Positions 8,192 through 17,249 are shown, counted from the first letter of the stretch. The stretch: 19,895 bases of DNA from Acaryochloridaceae cyanobacterium VAR_48_metabat_390 (GCA_031422435.1 JANPLU010000044.1:1-19895), one strand, 5' to 3'. Notes: a model not told the origin generated them from the letters alone. Translations and numbers: made by a program.

Positions 8192-9280
8192 CTATGTCAG
8201 GCGATCGCCCGTTTTAGAATCAAAGACCATTAAATAGTTGAGATCGGGCTTAATGTGAAGATGATCTCCGAGAGAAGCAGTAAAGCTACCTGAAGTGACC
8301 AGATTTAGAGTCTGGTTTGACTCTGAAATTAAAAAAGCTCGAATAAGCGTTTCTCGACCTAAGGGTTCTACCACTTCAACGGTGACAGTTAGCGTCCCTT
8401 CTTCTGGGGTAGGTACAACCTGAATAAACTCAGGACGAATTCCAATGTCAACATTTTGAGATTGAGCTTTGTTAAAAACAGTACAAAAATGAGAAGGACA
8501 GGGGATACTTTGGCCTTTGAAATGAAATACGCCATTTTGATAGGTGCTGTGAAGCAAATTCATGGCTGGATTGCCTAAGAAAGTGGCGACCATCCGGTTA
8601 GCGGGCGTTTGATAAATTTGTTGCGGCGTCCCAATCTGCTGGATGTGCCCTTGAGACAGCACCACGATTTGATCGGCGAGGGTCATGGCTTCGGTTTGGT
8701 CGTGGGTCACATACAGGGTTGTAATGCCGACCTGCTGGTGCAGGCGCTTAAGCTCAACGCGGGTGTCGTCTCGCAGTTGAGCATCTAGGTTAGAGAGCGG
8801 CTCATCGAGCAGAAATACCTGGGGCTGTCGGGCGATCGCCCGTCCTAATGCCACCCGCTGCTGCTGTCCGCCAGAGAGTTGCTTGGGTTTACGCCCTAAT
8901 AGGTGAGATAGCTCCAGTGCCTCAGCTACCGTTGCCACCCGCTGCTGAATTTTGGCTGGCTCCCAATGGCGCATTTTAAGACCAAAGGCGAGATTTTCGG
9001 CAACGGTCATGTGAGGGTAGAGGGCATAGTTTTGAAAGACCATTGCCACATCGCGATCGCGGGCAGATTGGTCATTCACATTTTGACCTGCAATATAAAT
9101 CTCGCCAGCGGTAAGGGACTCTAGCCCTGCCACCATGCGTAAAATAGTCGATTTACCGCAGCCCGATGGCCCCACTAACACCCAAAACTGTCCATCCGGC
9201 ACCTCAAAGCTAATATTCTCAACGGCGGTGGCACCCGCGCTGAATCGACGGGCAATTTGGTGAAGGCGAACGTTTGCCAT
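8192..9280 (-). CDS. Carbohydrate ABC transporter ATP-binding subunit (MalK/UgpC/MsmX family)
   Basis: Walker A GPSGCGKST, VFQNYALYPHMTV, signature LSGGQQQRVALGRA, Walker B FLLDEPLSNLD, YVTHDQ, C-terminal GIRPE/TOBE region. Confidence 0.95.
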   Translation of the reverse strand: MANVRLHQIARRFSAGATAVENISFEVPDGQFWVLVGPSGCGKSTILRMVAGLESLTAGEIYIAGQNVNDQSARDRDVAMVFQNYALYPHMTVAENLAFGLKMRHWEPAKIQQRVATVAEALELSHLLGRKPKQLSGGQQQRVALGRAIARQPQVFLLDEPLSNLDAQLRDDTRVELKRLHQQVGITTLYVTHDQTEAMTLADQIVVLSQGHIQQIGTPQQIYQTPANRMVATFLGNPAMNLLHSTYQNGVFHFKGQSIPCPSHFCTVFNKAQSQNVDIGIRPEFIQVVPTPEEGTLTVTVEVVEPLGRETLIRAFLISESNQTLNLVTSGSFTASLGDHLHIKPDLNYLMVFDSKTGDRLT

Positions 9281-9344
9281 AGGAGATATGTTGTAGAGAG
9301 ACGGTTTTAAAAACAGGTGTTGTCAAAACTCTACCGCAGCGGCC

Positions 9345-10628
9345 TTAGCTTTGCCGTCCCCGCGTATAGTCTATAAACTGTCGAGCGGTGCGTCCAGACC
9401 GCACGTTATGCCGTACTGCCCACTGCAACGCCTGATGAGTCAGCTCTTTCTCAGGCAGGCTAATCTGATAGCGCTGAGCCAGATGGCGCACAATTTTGAG
9501 GTAGGTATCCTGATCAGTTGGCTCAAAGGTGAGGGTAAGACCAAAGCGATCGCTGAGGGACAGCTTTTCTTGCACCGTATCCCAGGCGTGAACTTCATCA
9601 GCACTGCTGGGACGGGGGCGATCTTCAAAAAATTCTCGAATTAGGTGGCGGCGGTTAGAGGTGGCGTAGACGGCAACGTTAGTCGGACGGGCGGTGAGGT
9701 TGCCTTCTAACACCACTTTGAGGGCTTTATAGCTGTCTTCTTCGTCCTCAAAAGACAGATCATCAATAAAAACAATGAACTTGAGCGGAGAGGAGCGGAT
9801 CTGCTCAATCACATCGGGTAGGTGCATCATATCGGCTTTGTTTAGCTCAATGAGCCGTAGACCGCGATCGCCATACTCGTTCATCAGCCCTTTAATGAGT
9901 GCAGATTTACCAGAGCCTCGGCTGCCGTAAAGTAATACGTTAAGGGCGGTGTGTCCTGCTAACAAAGCCTCGGTATTTTGTTTGAGGGCGGCTTGCTGCC
10001 AGTCGTAGCCCACTAGCTCCGTGAGCTGAATCTGTTCTGGGCTAGCGATACCCTCGAGTTTGTCTTTGCGCCAGCGTAGGGCTTTGGCAGCAGCAAAGAT
10101 GCCAATCCCATTTTGCTGATAGTGATGGGCAAGGGCAGGTAGAGCTTCCGCCCAGGTGGGGACGTTGTGAAAGACGGGCGATCGCCTTTCTGCGTTGGGT
10201 TCGAGTGCCTGTATGGGAGGCAGTTCAGGGAGTGACAAGGCAGCGAGGACAGACTGAATGAGGGTAGGGGCTGCGATCGCCCAGCGCTGAAGCACGTTGA
10301 GATCGTAACGGGCGGCTTGCGTTAAGCCTTGCGGCAATTCTGAGAGGGGTTGAAGCTGCGCTTGTTGGGTAAAGGGGTTATCTGCGCTTAAAATTTTTTG
10401 CTCAATCCAGGTTTGCCAGCTAAGGGAAGCCTTGGCAACGGCATAAAACCAATGGCTATAAGCCCGTACAACTTCTGCTTCACAGACTTTTAATTGCGTT
10501 AAGAGTGTCAGAAGCTTGAGATAAGCCTGGCTAATTTTGTCGTCTAATACATCTCGGTAGACCAAAAGCGCGGCAGATTGCATAGAGAGCCGCTGGAGTT
10601 CTGTAACTGCCGCTTCAGGATTGGACAA
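9345..10628 (-). CDS. DUF815-family AAA+ ATPase
   Basis: LNVLLYGSRGSGKS (Walker A), FIVFIDDLSFE (Walker B), LKVVLEG, YATSNRRHL, EKLSLSDRFGL, RSGRTARQF. TTG start is uncertain. Confidence 0.9.
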   Translation of the reverse strand: MSNPEAAVTELQRLSMQSAALLVYRDVLDDKISQAYLKLLTLLTQLKVCEAEVVRAYSHWFYAVAKASLSWQTWIEQKILSADNPFTQQAQLQPLSELPQGLTQAARYDLNVLQRWAIAAPTLIQSVLAALSLPELPPIQALEPNAERRSPVFHNVPTWAEALPALAHHYQQNGIGIFAAAKALRWRKDKLEGIASPEQIQLTELVGYDWQQAALKQNTEALLAGHTALNVLLYGSRGSGKSALIKGLMNEYGDRGLRLIELNKADMMHLPDVIEQIRSSPLKFIVFIDDLSFEDEEDSYKALKVVLEGNLTARPTNVAVYATSNRRHLIREFFEDRPRPSSADEVHAWDTVQEKLSLSDRFGLTLTFEPTDQDTYLKIVRHLAQRYQISLPEKELTHQALQWAVRHNVRSGRTARQFIDYTRGRQS

Positions 10629-10723
10629 GCTGCTTACCTTGAGTGAATGAAAAGATTTCGCCTTTTCATAGGATAAGCTTTCCTGCTTTTCTACACATAG
10701 CCCTATAGTGTATGCAAAAGCCT

Positions 10724-10747
10724 AAAAAAATCCCCTCCTCGGAGGGG
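10724..10747 (-). terminator. Putative intrinsic terminator downstream of the lipoprotein gene
   Basis: CCCCTC-ctcg-GAGGGG hairpin (10732-10747) with A7 on its left on +, which reads as hairpin then U tract on the - strand. Confidence 0.55.
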
Positions 10748-10754
10748 TGCCCAA

Positions 10755-10799
10755 AGGGGTAGGTTAGTCAGTTATGGCGCAACTGACTAACCTACCCCT
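10755..10799. repeat. Perfect 19-bp inverted repeat with 7-nt loop
   Basis: AGGGGTAGGTTAGTCAGTT-atggcgc-AACTGACTAACCTACCCCT. Confidence 0.95.
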
Positions 10800-10821
10800 G
10801 TCTCAATTTGTATGTGAAATA

Positions 10822-11619
10822 TTAACGACGCTGAACAGAATATAGGCCACGAACCGGAGGATTTGGCACAAAAGGAGAAGCCGAGGCGATGAGTACAGGC
10901 TCTCGCCCTACTGCCACTGAAAATTCGATGCTACCCTGCTGGAAAACCACCGTCGGCTCAGCACGATTGCTGGTATCAATGTTTTTAACAAACAGCCGTC
11001 CACCAGACAGAGAATCGCCAATGCCGACGGTTCGGCTAGTAGGCTCATCTGGTACTTGTACAATGGCGCGAGGCTGCCCACCCACCACGACTACACCCGT
11101 TACTTTTACATTGGCAGGTTCAGGCGCTTTAGGCAGTTCAGGAAGGGTCACACCTGCTGTCGTAGCACTTTGACCTCCCGTTTGACCTCCTGAAGTTGGA
11201 GGCTTGGGTAAGCCTAAGCTACCCGCAATCCCATTTAGGAATTTGTCATAGCTGTTTACCATTCGGTTGATGCCCTGCTGTTGACCAGAAGAACTAGAAA
11301 CTGCCGAGGTAGAACCGCTCGCAGCGGCAGAACTACCACCCGCAGAGACCACGCGCGCAACAGGCCCTACAGATCCAAACGGGTCAGTTCGCCCACTCTT
11401 AATCACGCGCAGCCGATCATCTGGATTCGTGGGGCGCGTCAGTGCAACTTTAGAAGGAGAATTAAGCGTGGCTGGCACAGAGGGAGACGGAAAAGACGCA
11501 ACGGACTGAGGCGATGGCTTAACGCTCAAATCCTCCTTAGACTCTCCGCACCCAATTACTGCCAAGGGTACCAACGCAAGGGTTAAATATAGGGGGACTC
11601 GATTAAACCGCACCTTCAT
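10822..11619 (-). CDS. Putative lipoprotein (265 aa), PilP/GspC-HR-like C-terminal domain inferred
   Basis: ATG at 11619 with GAGG upstream gives the signal MKVRFNRVPLYLTLALVPLAVIG-C (lipobox VIGC). It is followed by GRTDPF, an S/G/P-rich linker and a beta domain VTGVVVVGGQPRAIVQVPDEPTSRTVGIGD. Confidence 0.75.
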   Translation of the reverse strand: MKVRFNRVPLYLTLALVPLAVIGCGESKEDLSVKPSPQSVASFPSPSVPATLNSPSKVALTRPTNPDDRLRVIKSGRTDPFGSVGPVARVVSAGGSSAAASGSTSAVSSSSGQQQGINRMVNSYDKFLNGIAGSLGLPKPPTSGGQTGGQSATTAGVTLPELPKAPEPANVKVTGVVVVGGQPRAIVQVPDEPTSRTVGIGDSLSGGRLFVKNIDTSNRAEPTVVFQQGSIEFSVAVGREPVLIASASPFVPNPPVRGLYSVQRR

Positions 11620-11792
11620 CTGTCTATGCCTCACCGTGACCTTTAAAAAACTTAAGCCTTGAAACCTGAATGCTGTACCGTCTGAATAGCCTGCCATCAA
11701 AGGCTAACTCATAGCGTTCAAATTGCCTATAAAACTCAATCAGGCAATATTTGAAATAACGTTTCGTTCTCCTCAACGGTCAGAAACCTAAT

Positions 11793-13367
11793 ATGTCCCA
11801 AACAGAAGGGAAAGTTTATATTCTCGGCGCTGGACTGGGTGCGGTGGATTTTTTGACCGTCGCAGGACAGGCCATTTTGTCTACCGCTGATGTTCTTATT
11901 TATGATGCCCTAATCGATCCAAAATTATTAACCCTCACCCCAAAAACCTGTATTCATGTGTGGGCAGGTAAGCGGGGTCAATCCATCAGCACGCCCCAAG
12001 CCGATATTAATCAGCTCCTTGTTACCTACTGCCAGCAAGGGAAACGCGTTGTGCGCCTTAAAAGTGGAGATCCTGCTATTTTTGGCAGAGTGGCCTCAGA
12101 AGTACAGGCACTCCAAGCGGCAAACTGCGCCTACGAAGTTTGGCCGGGTCTATCTTCTGCCCTAGCAGCCCCCACCCTAGCCGGAATTCCGCTCACCGAT
12201 CCGGCTCTCAGCCGCAGCGTGACCATCGTAAGCGCCCATGAAATTGCCGCCCTAGACTGGGAACTCATGGTTCGCAGTGAGTCTTTAGTTATTTTGATGG
12301 GGGGGCGATCGCTCCCTACCCTCATCCAGTCTCTCCAAGCCCACGGCAAACCTGCCGATACGGCGATCGCCATTATTAAATGGGGTGGGTGGTCTCAGCA
12401 GCAGGTCTGGGTAGGCACCCTAGAAACCATCCTCAGCCAGACCCAAGGGGAAACGCTATCGCCGACGGTGATGGTCATTGGTCAAGTGGTGCAGCTTCGT
12501 GAAACCCTGGGCATTCCTAACGTCTCTGCTTTAATGTCGCCCCTCCCTCCTATGTCAAACGCTTCTGAAAGCTCGCCCCTTACTGGGCTAACGATTTTAG
12601 TCACGCGCTCAGCCAGTCAAGCCCCTGCGTTTCGGCAAAGTTTGGAGGCGCAAGGCGCAACGGTTTTAGAGATGGCGGCGCTCGAAATTGTTCCGCCGTC
12701 CAGTTGGAGTGAGTTGGATGGGGCGATCGCCCAGATCAATACCTTCGACTGGCTTTTTCTCACCTCCGCCAATGGCGTTGAATACTTTTTTGAACGGCTC
12801 AATGCCCAAGGGAAGGATGTCCGCGCCTTAGCAGGGGTCAAAATTGCCGTAGTGGGACGCAAGACCGCCGCCAGCCTTCAAGCAAAGGGGCTTACCCCTG
12901 ACTTTATTCCCCCTAACTACGTTGCCGATGATCTGGTGGCGCATTTCCCTGATCTAGAGCAATTAGATCACCTACGCTGCCTGTTTCCAAGAGTAGAGTC
13001 TGGTGGTAGAGAAGTTTTGGTTCAGCAGCTCACGGCAAAGGGCGCGACACTTGTTGAGGTGCCAGCCTATCAATCTCAGTGCCCTGCTGCAATAGAGCCG
13101 CAGATTTTAGCAGCGATCCGACAGCAGGCAATCGACGTTATTACCTTTGCCAGCTCCAAGACCGTCGAACATTTTTGGCAGTTGTTACAGCAGTCCCCCC
13201 AATCTGCGTCGGTAGACTGGATGCAAATTCTAAACTCCACCAAACTGGCCTCCATTGGCCCTCAGACCTCTAAAACTTGCTATGCGCTTTTCAACAGAGT
13301 AGATATTGAGGCGCAGGAGTACACCCTGGAAGGGTTAATTCAAAGCATTATCCAGACACACAGCTAA
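11793..13367 (+). CDS. cobA: Fused uroporphyrinogen-III C-methyltransferase / uroporphyrinogen-III synthase (CobA/HemD)
   Basis: N-terminal VYILGAG, ADVLIYDALI, VVRLKSGDPAIFGR, PGLSS. C-terminal ILVTR, WLFLTSANGV, VGRKTA, ITFASSKTV, SIGPQTS. Confidence 0.95.
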   Translation: MSQTEGKVYILGAGLGAVDFLTVAGQAILSTADVLIYDALIDPKLLTLTPKTCIHVWAGKRGQSISTPQADINQLLVTYCQQGKRVVRLKSGDPAIFGRVASEVQALQAANCAYEVWPGLSSALAAPTLAGIPLTDPALSRSVTIVSAHEIAALDWELMVRSESLVILMGGRSLPTLIQSLQAHGKPADTAIAIIKWGGWSQQQVWVGTLETILSQTQGETLSPTVMVIGQVVQLRETLGIPNVSALMSPLPPMSNASESSPLTGLTILVTRSASQAPAFRQSLEAQGATVLEMAALEIVPPSSWSELDGAIAQINTFDWLFLTSANGVEYFFERLNAQGKDVRALAGVKIAVVGRKTAASLQAKGLTPDFIPPNYVADDLVAHFPDLEQLDHLRCLFPRVESGGREVLVQQLTAKGATLVEVPAYQSQCPAAIEPQILAAIRQQAIDVITFASSKTVEHFWQLLQQSPQSASVDWMQILNSTKLASIGPQTSKTCYALFNRVDIEAQEYTLEGLIQSIIQTHS

Positions 13368-13377
13368 GCAAAGATTA

Positions 13378-13422
13378 CACAGTGACCAAGATCACAAATA
13401 AGTCGTGATCTTGGTCACTGTG
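13378..13422. repeat. Perfect 18-bp inverted repeat with 9-nt loop just after cobA/hemD
   Basis: CACAGTGACCAAGATCAC-aaataagtc-GTGATCTTGGTCACTGTG. Confidence 0.95.
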
Positions 13423-13549
13423 ATTCTGCAAATCCTGTGAGAGGGTGCATACAGTAAAGTATTAGCACTTAGTCAAAGGATTGCTCTCAGCGGCAGTCCT
13501 TTTTTATTGGCGCATCGCCTAGTTATGAAAAGTGCTGGAGAATGTGTAG

Positions 13550-14794
13550 ATGATCATTCCCCTTTCAAAGCACAAACCCACTATTGCGATCGCACCCGAC
13601 TCGTTCAAAGGCACCCTAACGGCAAAAGAAGCTGCCCAAGCCCTTGCAGAGGGACTCCAGCAAGCACTGCCCTCCGCCAAAATTTTACAGTGGCCTATGG
13701 CAGATGGCGGAGAAGGCACCCTGGCAGCACTGAAAGCCGTTTTAGATGGCGAAATTGAGCAGCGAGTTGTGCAAAATGCCGTAGGTTCTCCGACAAAAGC
13801 GGGGTTCTATCGTACAGAGATTCAGGGGCAGCCTGCTGCGGTTCTAGAAGTTGCGCAGGTTGTCGGCATAACGGACTCAGAACCCCAGGCGTATCCTGTC
13901 GCCCAGCGCACGACCATCGGCTTAGGCGAACTGCTGCGGCATATCTTAGACCTTGGCATTCGACAGCTTTATATTGGCCTTGGCGGAAGCTGTACCAATG
14001 ATGGTGGGGTAGGGCTGCTGGTTGGGTTAGGTGCCAAACTGCTAGATGCTCAAGGCCAATGCCTCCCCGCCACGCCAGAGGGATTGGCACAGCTCTCGAC
14101 CGTTGATTTCTCCGGTCTAGAGCCTCGGCTTCAATCAACTCACATCATCTTACTGTCAGATGTTAATAGCCCTCTGTGTGGGTCTAATGGAGCGACTCAT
14201 ACCTTCGGCGCTCAAAAAGGCTTGGTCGATAGAGAAGAGCGCGATCGCATTGACTCCAGACTCCAGCACTTTGCAGTCTTAGCAGAACAGGCCATGACGC
14301 AATGGCACCCCTATCGCCAGAGTTTGCAAACACTCCATACCCAACCTGGCACTGGCGCAGCAGGTGGGTTAGGCTTTGCACTTCAGCTTTTGGGCGGCAT
14401 CCATACCTCCGGCGCGCAGTTTATCGCGGAGCTGCTGAATATTCCCTATCTTCTCAAGCAGGTAGACTGGCTGATTACGGGGGAAGGCTGTAGCGATCGC
14501 CAAACCCTCCAAGGCAAAGCCCCTTGGGTCGTCGCGCAAATGGCTCATAATGAAGGGGTACCCGTCACGCTTTTATCTGGAGCCATCATCTCAGGCGATC
14601 AGATGAGCCTAACCCAATCATTTAGAGGGCAGTGTTTCTCCCTGACTTCTGGCTCAACCTGCTGCTTTCCTGCATCAGATGCGCCAAAATCGACCAGTGA
14701 TTGCCTTCTACATGCCGCTGACTGGCTCGAAAAAGCAGGACGTCAACTCGGCTATCAATGGCAACAGCAGGCAGACAAAAACTCTGAATTTTGA
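13550..14794 (+). CDS. Glycerate kinase (class I, GlxK/GarK family)
   Basis: IAPDSFKGTLTA, PMADGGEGT, IGLGGSCTNDGGVG, DVNSPLCG..GA..FGAQKG, GAAGGLG, ITGEGCSDRQTLQGKAP. GGAG upstream of the ATG. Confidence 0.93.
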   Translation: MIIPLSKHKPTIAIAPDSFKGTLTAKEAAQALAEGLQQALPSAKILQWPMADGGEGTLAALKAVLDGEIEQRVVQNAVGSPTKAGFYRTEIQGQPAAVLEVAQVVGITDSEPQAYPVAQRTTIGLGELLRHILDLGIRQLYIGLGGSCTNDGGVGLLVGLGAKLLDAQGQCLPATPEGLAQLSTVDFSGLEPRLQSTHIILLSDVNSPLCGSNGATHTFGAQKGLVDREERDRIDSRLQHFAVLAEQAMTQWHPYRQSLQTLHTQPGTGAAGGLGFALQLLGGIHTSGAQFIAELLNIPYLLKQVDWLITGEGCSDRQTLQGKAPWVVAQMAHNEGVPVTLLSGAIISGDQMSLTQSFRGQCFSLTSGSTCCFPASDAPKSTSDCLLHAADWLEKAGRQLGYQWQQQADKNSEF

Positions 14795-14815
14795 ATACCC
14801 TTTATCCTCATCACT

Positions 14816-15211
14816 ATGTTTGGAAATTTTCAGCAGAGCCAAATGCGCGTAGAAATAGAAGCAACAGCATCCCAGCTTTCCCGTGCGCTGTTACATACGG
14901 CTTCACTTCGGCGCTGGCTGCTGCCTCAAGTGATTCCTGAAGCACTGCCAAAAGAACTTTCGCCTGGATTAACGTTTACCAGTTGGGCAGGGTTTGTGCC
15001 CGTGTCGCACAACGTGGACGCCATTGATCCAGACGGCGTGCGACTGCTCTTAAGCCGTGGGATAGATGGGATTCACGAATGGCACTGGGGCGAAGGCTGG
15101 GTGCAGTCTTGCCTAGAGGGGGTTTCTTACCTGCCGCTTCAGGCGGGCAATGCTGCTGCACTGCTGCGCTTAAAGACTTATTTAGCTTTGCCAGATTGCC
15201 TTAAGGCTTAA
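14816..15211 (+). CDS. Hypothetical protein (131 aa), possibly START/SRPBCC-like
   Basis: Starts 21 nt after glycerate kinase. Patterns RVEIEAT...LRRWL and GIDGIHEWHWGEGWVQS. The fold suggestion is inference. Confidence 0.75.
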   Translation: MFGNFQQSQMRVEIEATASQLSRALLHTASLRRWLLPQVIPEALPKELSPGLTFTSWAGFVPVSHNVDAIDPDGVRLLLSRGIDGIHEWHWGEGWVQSCLEGVSYLPLQAGNAAALLRLKTYLALPDCLKA

Positions 15212-15633
15212 CTTAGCTTTACCACCATGACGGTACAGGGTGCATCACTTACCACCTGACTGCTCACCGAACCTTTGAGAATCCGATTAACGCCTGTTAA
15301 CCCCCGACTGCCCAGCACAATTAGATCGGCATTGTAAATATTGGCAAGGCGAATAATTTCCTCCGTCGGCTCTCCCATCACAATTTCTAGCTCAGACTGA
15401 CAGGGCAGCATTGCTTGGTGAACCTGAAGCGCCTTTTCAATGTGTCGAAACTGACCCAGCTCTGGGTCAACAAACGGAAGGTCAGCAGGCTGCTCTAGAT
15501 TGGTTTCAGATAGCTCAATGACGTGGCACAGCACAACCATCGTGCTGGGCTGGAGCTGAATCTGCAAAACGCACTGAATTACGTAGTCTGACTGGTCAGA
15601 ACTATCTAAGGCCACCAAGATTCGATTAAACAT
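15208..15633 (-). CDS. Universal stress protein (UspA family)
   Basis: MFNRILVALDSS, G.PTEEII..A, ADLIVLGSRGLTG..RILKGSVSSQVV..APCTVMVVK. ATG at 15633 has GGAGG upstream and is preferred over TTG at 15648. Confidence 0.93.
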   Translation of the reverse strand: MFNRILVALDSSDQSDYVIQCVLQIQLQPSTMVVLCHVIELSETNLEQPADLPFVDPELGQFRHIEKALQVHQAMLPCQSELEIVMGEPTEEIIRLANIYNADLIVLGSRGLTGVNRILKGSVSSQVVSDAPCTVMVVKLS

Positions 15634-15750
15634 GCTTCGTGCCTCCAAATGCGCGGTTTCGCAGCAGTCTCTCGACCTTACTACGACAATTATGGCTCTA
15701 GTACAAAGCAGTTACGAGTATTTACGCAGCGGATTGCCCCACAAGTCAAA

Positions 15751-17061
15751 CTATGGGTAATTAGGCTTAGCGCGTGCCCGTAAACGTACCGAATCTCGGT
15801 GAGAGGGAAGCCCTTCCGCTTCTGCCAAAATCTCAATCGCACTAGCCACCTTATTCAGTGCAGTGCCAGAATACTGAATCAGGCTAGAGTGCTTCATAAA
15901 CGTTTCAACCCCCAAGGCCGATGCATACCGCGCTGAGCCAGAGGTGGGGAGGGTATGGTTGGGGCCTGCTAAGTAGTCTCCTATCGCCTCAGGCGTATCC
16001 GAGCCTAAGAAAATCGCCCCTGCATGACGAATCTTTTCGAGTAGCGCCCAAGGATCTACCACCTCCAGCTCAAGGTGTTCTGGCGCAAACTCATTAGAAA
16101 GCTCCGCTGCGCGTTCTAAAGTATCGACTACAATCACCACGCCATAGTGGGCGATCGCCTTTTCCGTCAGGGTTCGTCGTGGATGGTTCACAAGCTGAAC
16201 CTCCACTTCATGCACCACCTGCTCTGCTAAGTCTGCACTGGTGGTAATTAAAATGGCGGCGGCGAGGGGGTCATGCTCGGCCTGCGCCAATAGATCCGCT
16301 GCCACAAAGACCGGATTGGCGAGATGATCCGCAATGACTAAAACCTCAGAAGGCCCTGCCAAAGAATCAATCCCGACGGTTCCGTACACTAGCTTCTTCG
16401 CCAGGGTGACATAGACATTCCCAGGGCCTGTGATCACGTCTACTTTTGGAATAGTTTCGGTGCCGTAGGCTAAAGCGGCGATCGCCTGGGCACCCCCCAC
16501 TCGATAAATCTCCTGAATCCCTGCTTCTTGAGCCGCTACCAAAACGGCTGCGTTAATCTGCTTATCAGGGCCTGGGGGCGTCACCATTACCGCGCGTGGC
16601 ACCCCCGCCACTGCCGCCGGAACCGCGTTCATCAGCACCGTACTGGGGTAGCACGCACGTCCGCCTGGGACGTAAAGCCCTGCCCGATCTACAGGGGTAT
16701 AGCGCTTCCCTAAAACAACCTGATCATCCCCAAACTGCACCCAGCTTTTGGGCTTGCGCTGCCGATGGAATGCCTCGATTTGGCGGTGGGCAAGCTGAAT
16801 CGCGTCCAGCAGTTCTTTGGAAACCTGCTGGTAGGCCGCGTCTAATTCAGCGCCGCTCACCCGTAATCCGCTCGCATCTAGCGTGACCTGATCAAACTCA
16901 GCGGTGTAGTGCAAAAGCGCGCGATCGCCCTGACGCTTCACGCTCTGCAAAATTTCGCGAACCGTCGCCTCTTTGTGCAGAACCTGATCATCATGGATGC
17001 GATCGCAAATCCGCTGGAGTTCAGATTTTGCCTCAGAGAGCTGTGTAATCGTTCTCAGCAT
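15751..17061 (-). CDS. hisD: Histidinol dehydrogenase
   Basis: GLYVPGG, YPSTVLMN, GGAQAIAALAYGT, GPGNVYV, AGPSE, DLLAQAEHD, APEHLEL, GDYLAGPNHTLPT. Confidence 0.98.
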   Translation of the reverse strand: MLRTITQLSEAKSELQRICDRIHDDQVLHKEATVREILQSVKRQGDRALLHYTAEFDQVTLDASGLRVSGAELDAAYQQVSKELLDAIQLAHRQIEAFHRQRKPKSWVQFGDDQVVLGKRYTPVDRAGLYVPGGRACYPSTVLMNAVPAAVAGVPRAVMVTPPGPDKQINAAVLVAAQEAGIQEIYRVGGAQAIAALAYGTETIPKVDVITGPGNVYVTLAKKLVYGTVGIDSLAGPSEVLVIADHLANPVFVAADLLAQAEHDPLAAAILITTSADLAEQVVHEVEVQLVNHPRRTLTEKAIAHYGVVIVVDTLERAAELSNEFAPEHLELEVVDPWALLEKIRHAGAIFLGSDTPEAIGDYLAGPNHTLPTSGSARYASALGVETFMKHSSLIQYSGTALNKVASAIEILAEAEGLPSHRDSVRLRARAKPNYP

Positions 17062-17203
17062 GGGTTTGAGCAGCCAGTGGTAGGTCTTAAATGAGAAAGA
17101 CTAAACTTAAGTATAGCGATGGATTTGGGTACTAGGGCAAACCCGCCTTTCCACATTTAGCTTAACGCGATTTCAAAAAAGGCAGTGTTTGGCAAAGAAG
17201 TGG

Positions 17204-17212
17204 TGCTATGAT
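17204..17212 (+). promoter_or_regulatory. Putative extended -10 promoter (TGcTATGAT) for rpsT
   Basis: TGn plus TATGAT about 40 nt upstream of the rpsT start, in the divergent hisD/rpsT gap. Confidence 0.45.
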
Positions 17213-17249
17213 AATTTATTGGGTGTTTTTATATTTTTGCCGAATAACT

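Larger units (their letters stand above)
1356..17006. repeat. Dispersed HIP1 octamers (GCGATCGC), about 26 copies by hand count
   Basis: Examples at 1356, 1762, 1987, 2808, 4870, 5218, 5283, 6661, 7099, 8202, 8833, 9053, 9546, 9863, 10178, 10273, 12305, 12363, 12724, 13586, 14241, 14493, 16152, 16478, 16921, 16999. Confidence 0.9.

Noticed and set aside
11620..11700. N-terminal extensions in the ORF track for the lipoprotein (also rpsT 17208-17249 and usp 15634-15648)
   Set aside because: Downstream starts give the canonical N-termini, with a Shine-Dalgarno sequence for the lipoprotein and usp.
11793..13367. CobA-HemD fusion and hisD/rpsT/tatD/rpoB order as novelties
   Set aside because: Both are standard in cyanobacteria.
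10755..13422. The two long inverted repeats as transposon ends or CRISPR repeats
   Set aside because: They are unrelated in sequence, each is self-complementary, and there is no transposase, spacer array or target-site duplication.
13550..14794. Glycerate kinase as a recent horizontal acquisition
   Set aside because: It contains three HIP1 sites, its composition resembles its neighbours and there are no mobility signatures.
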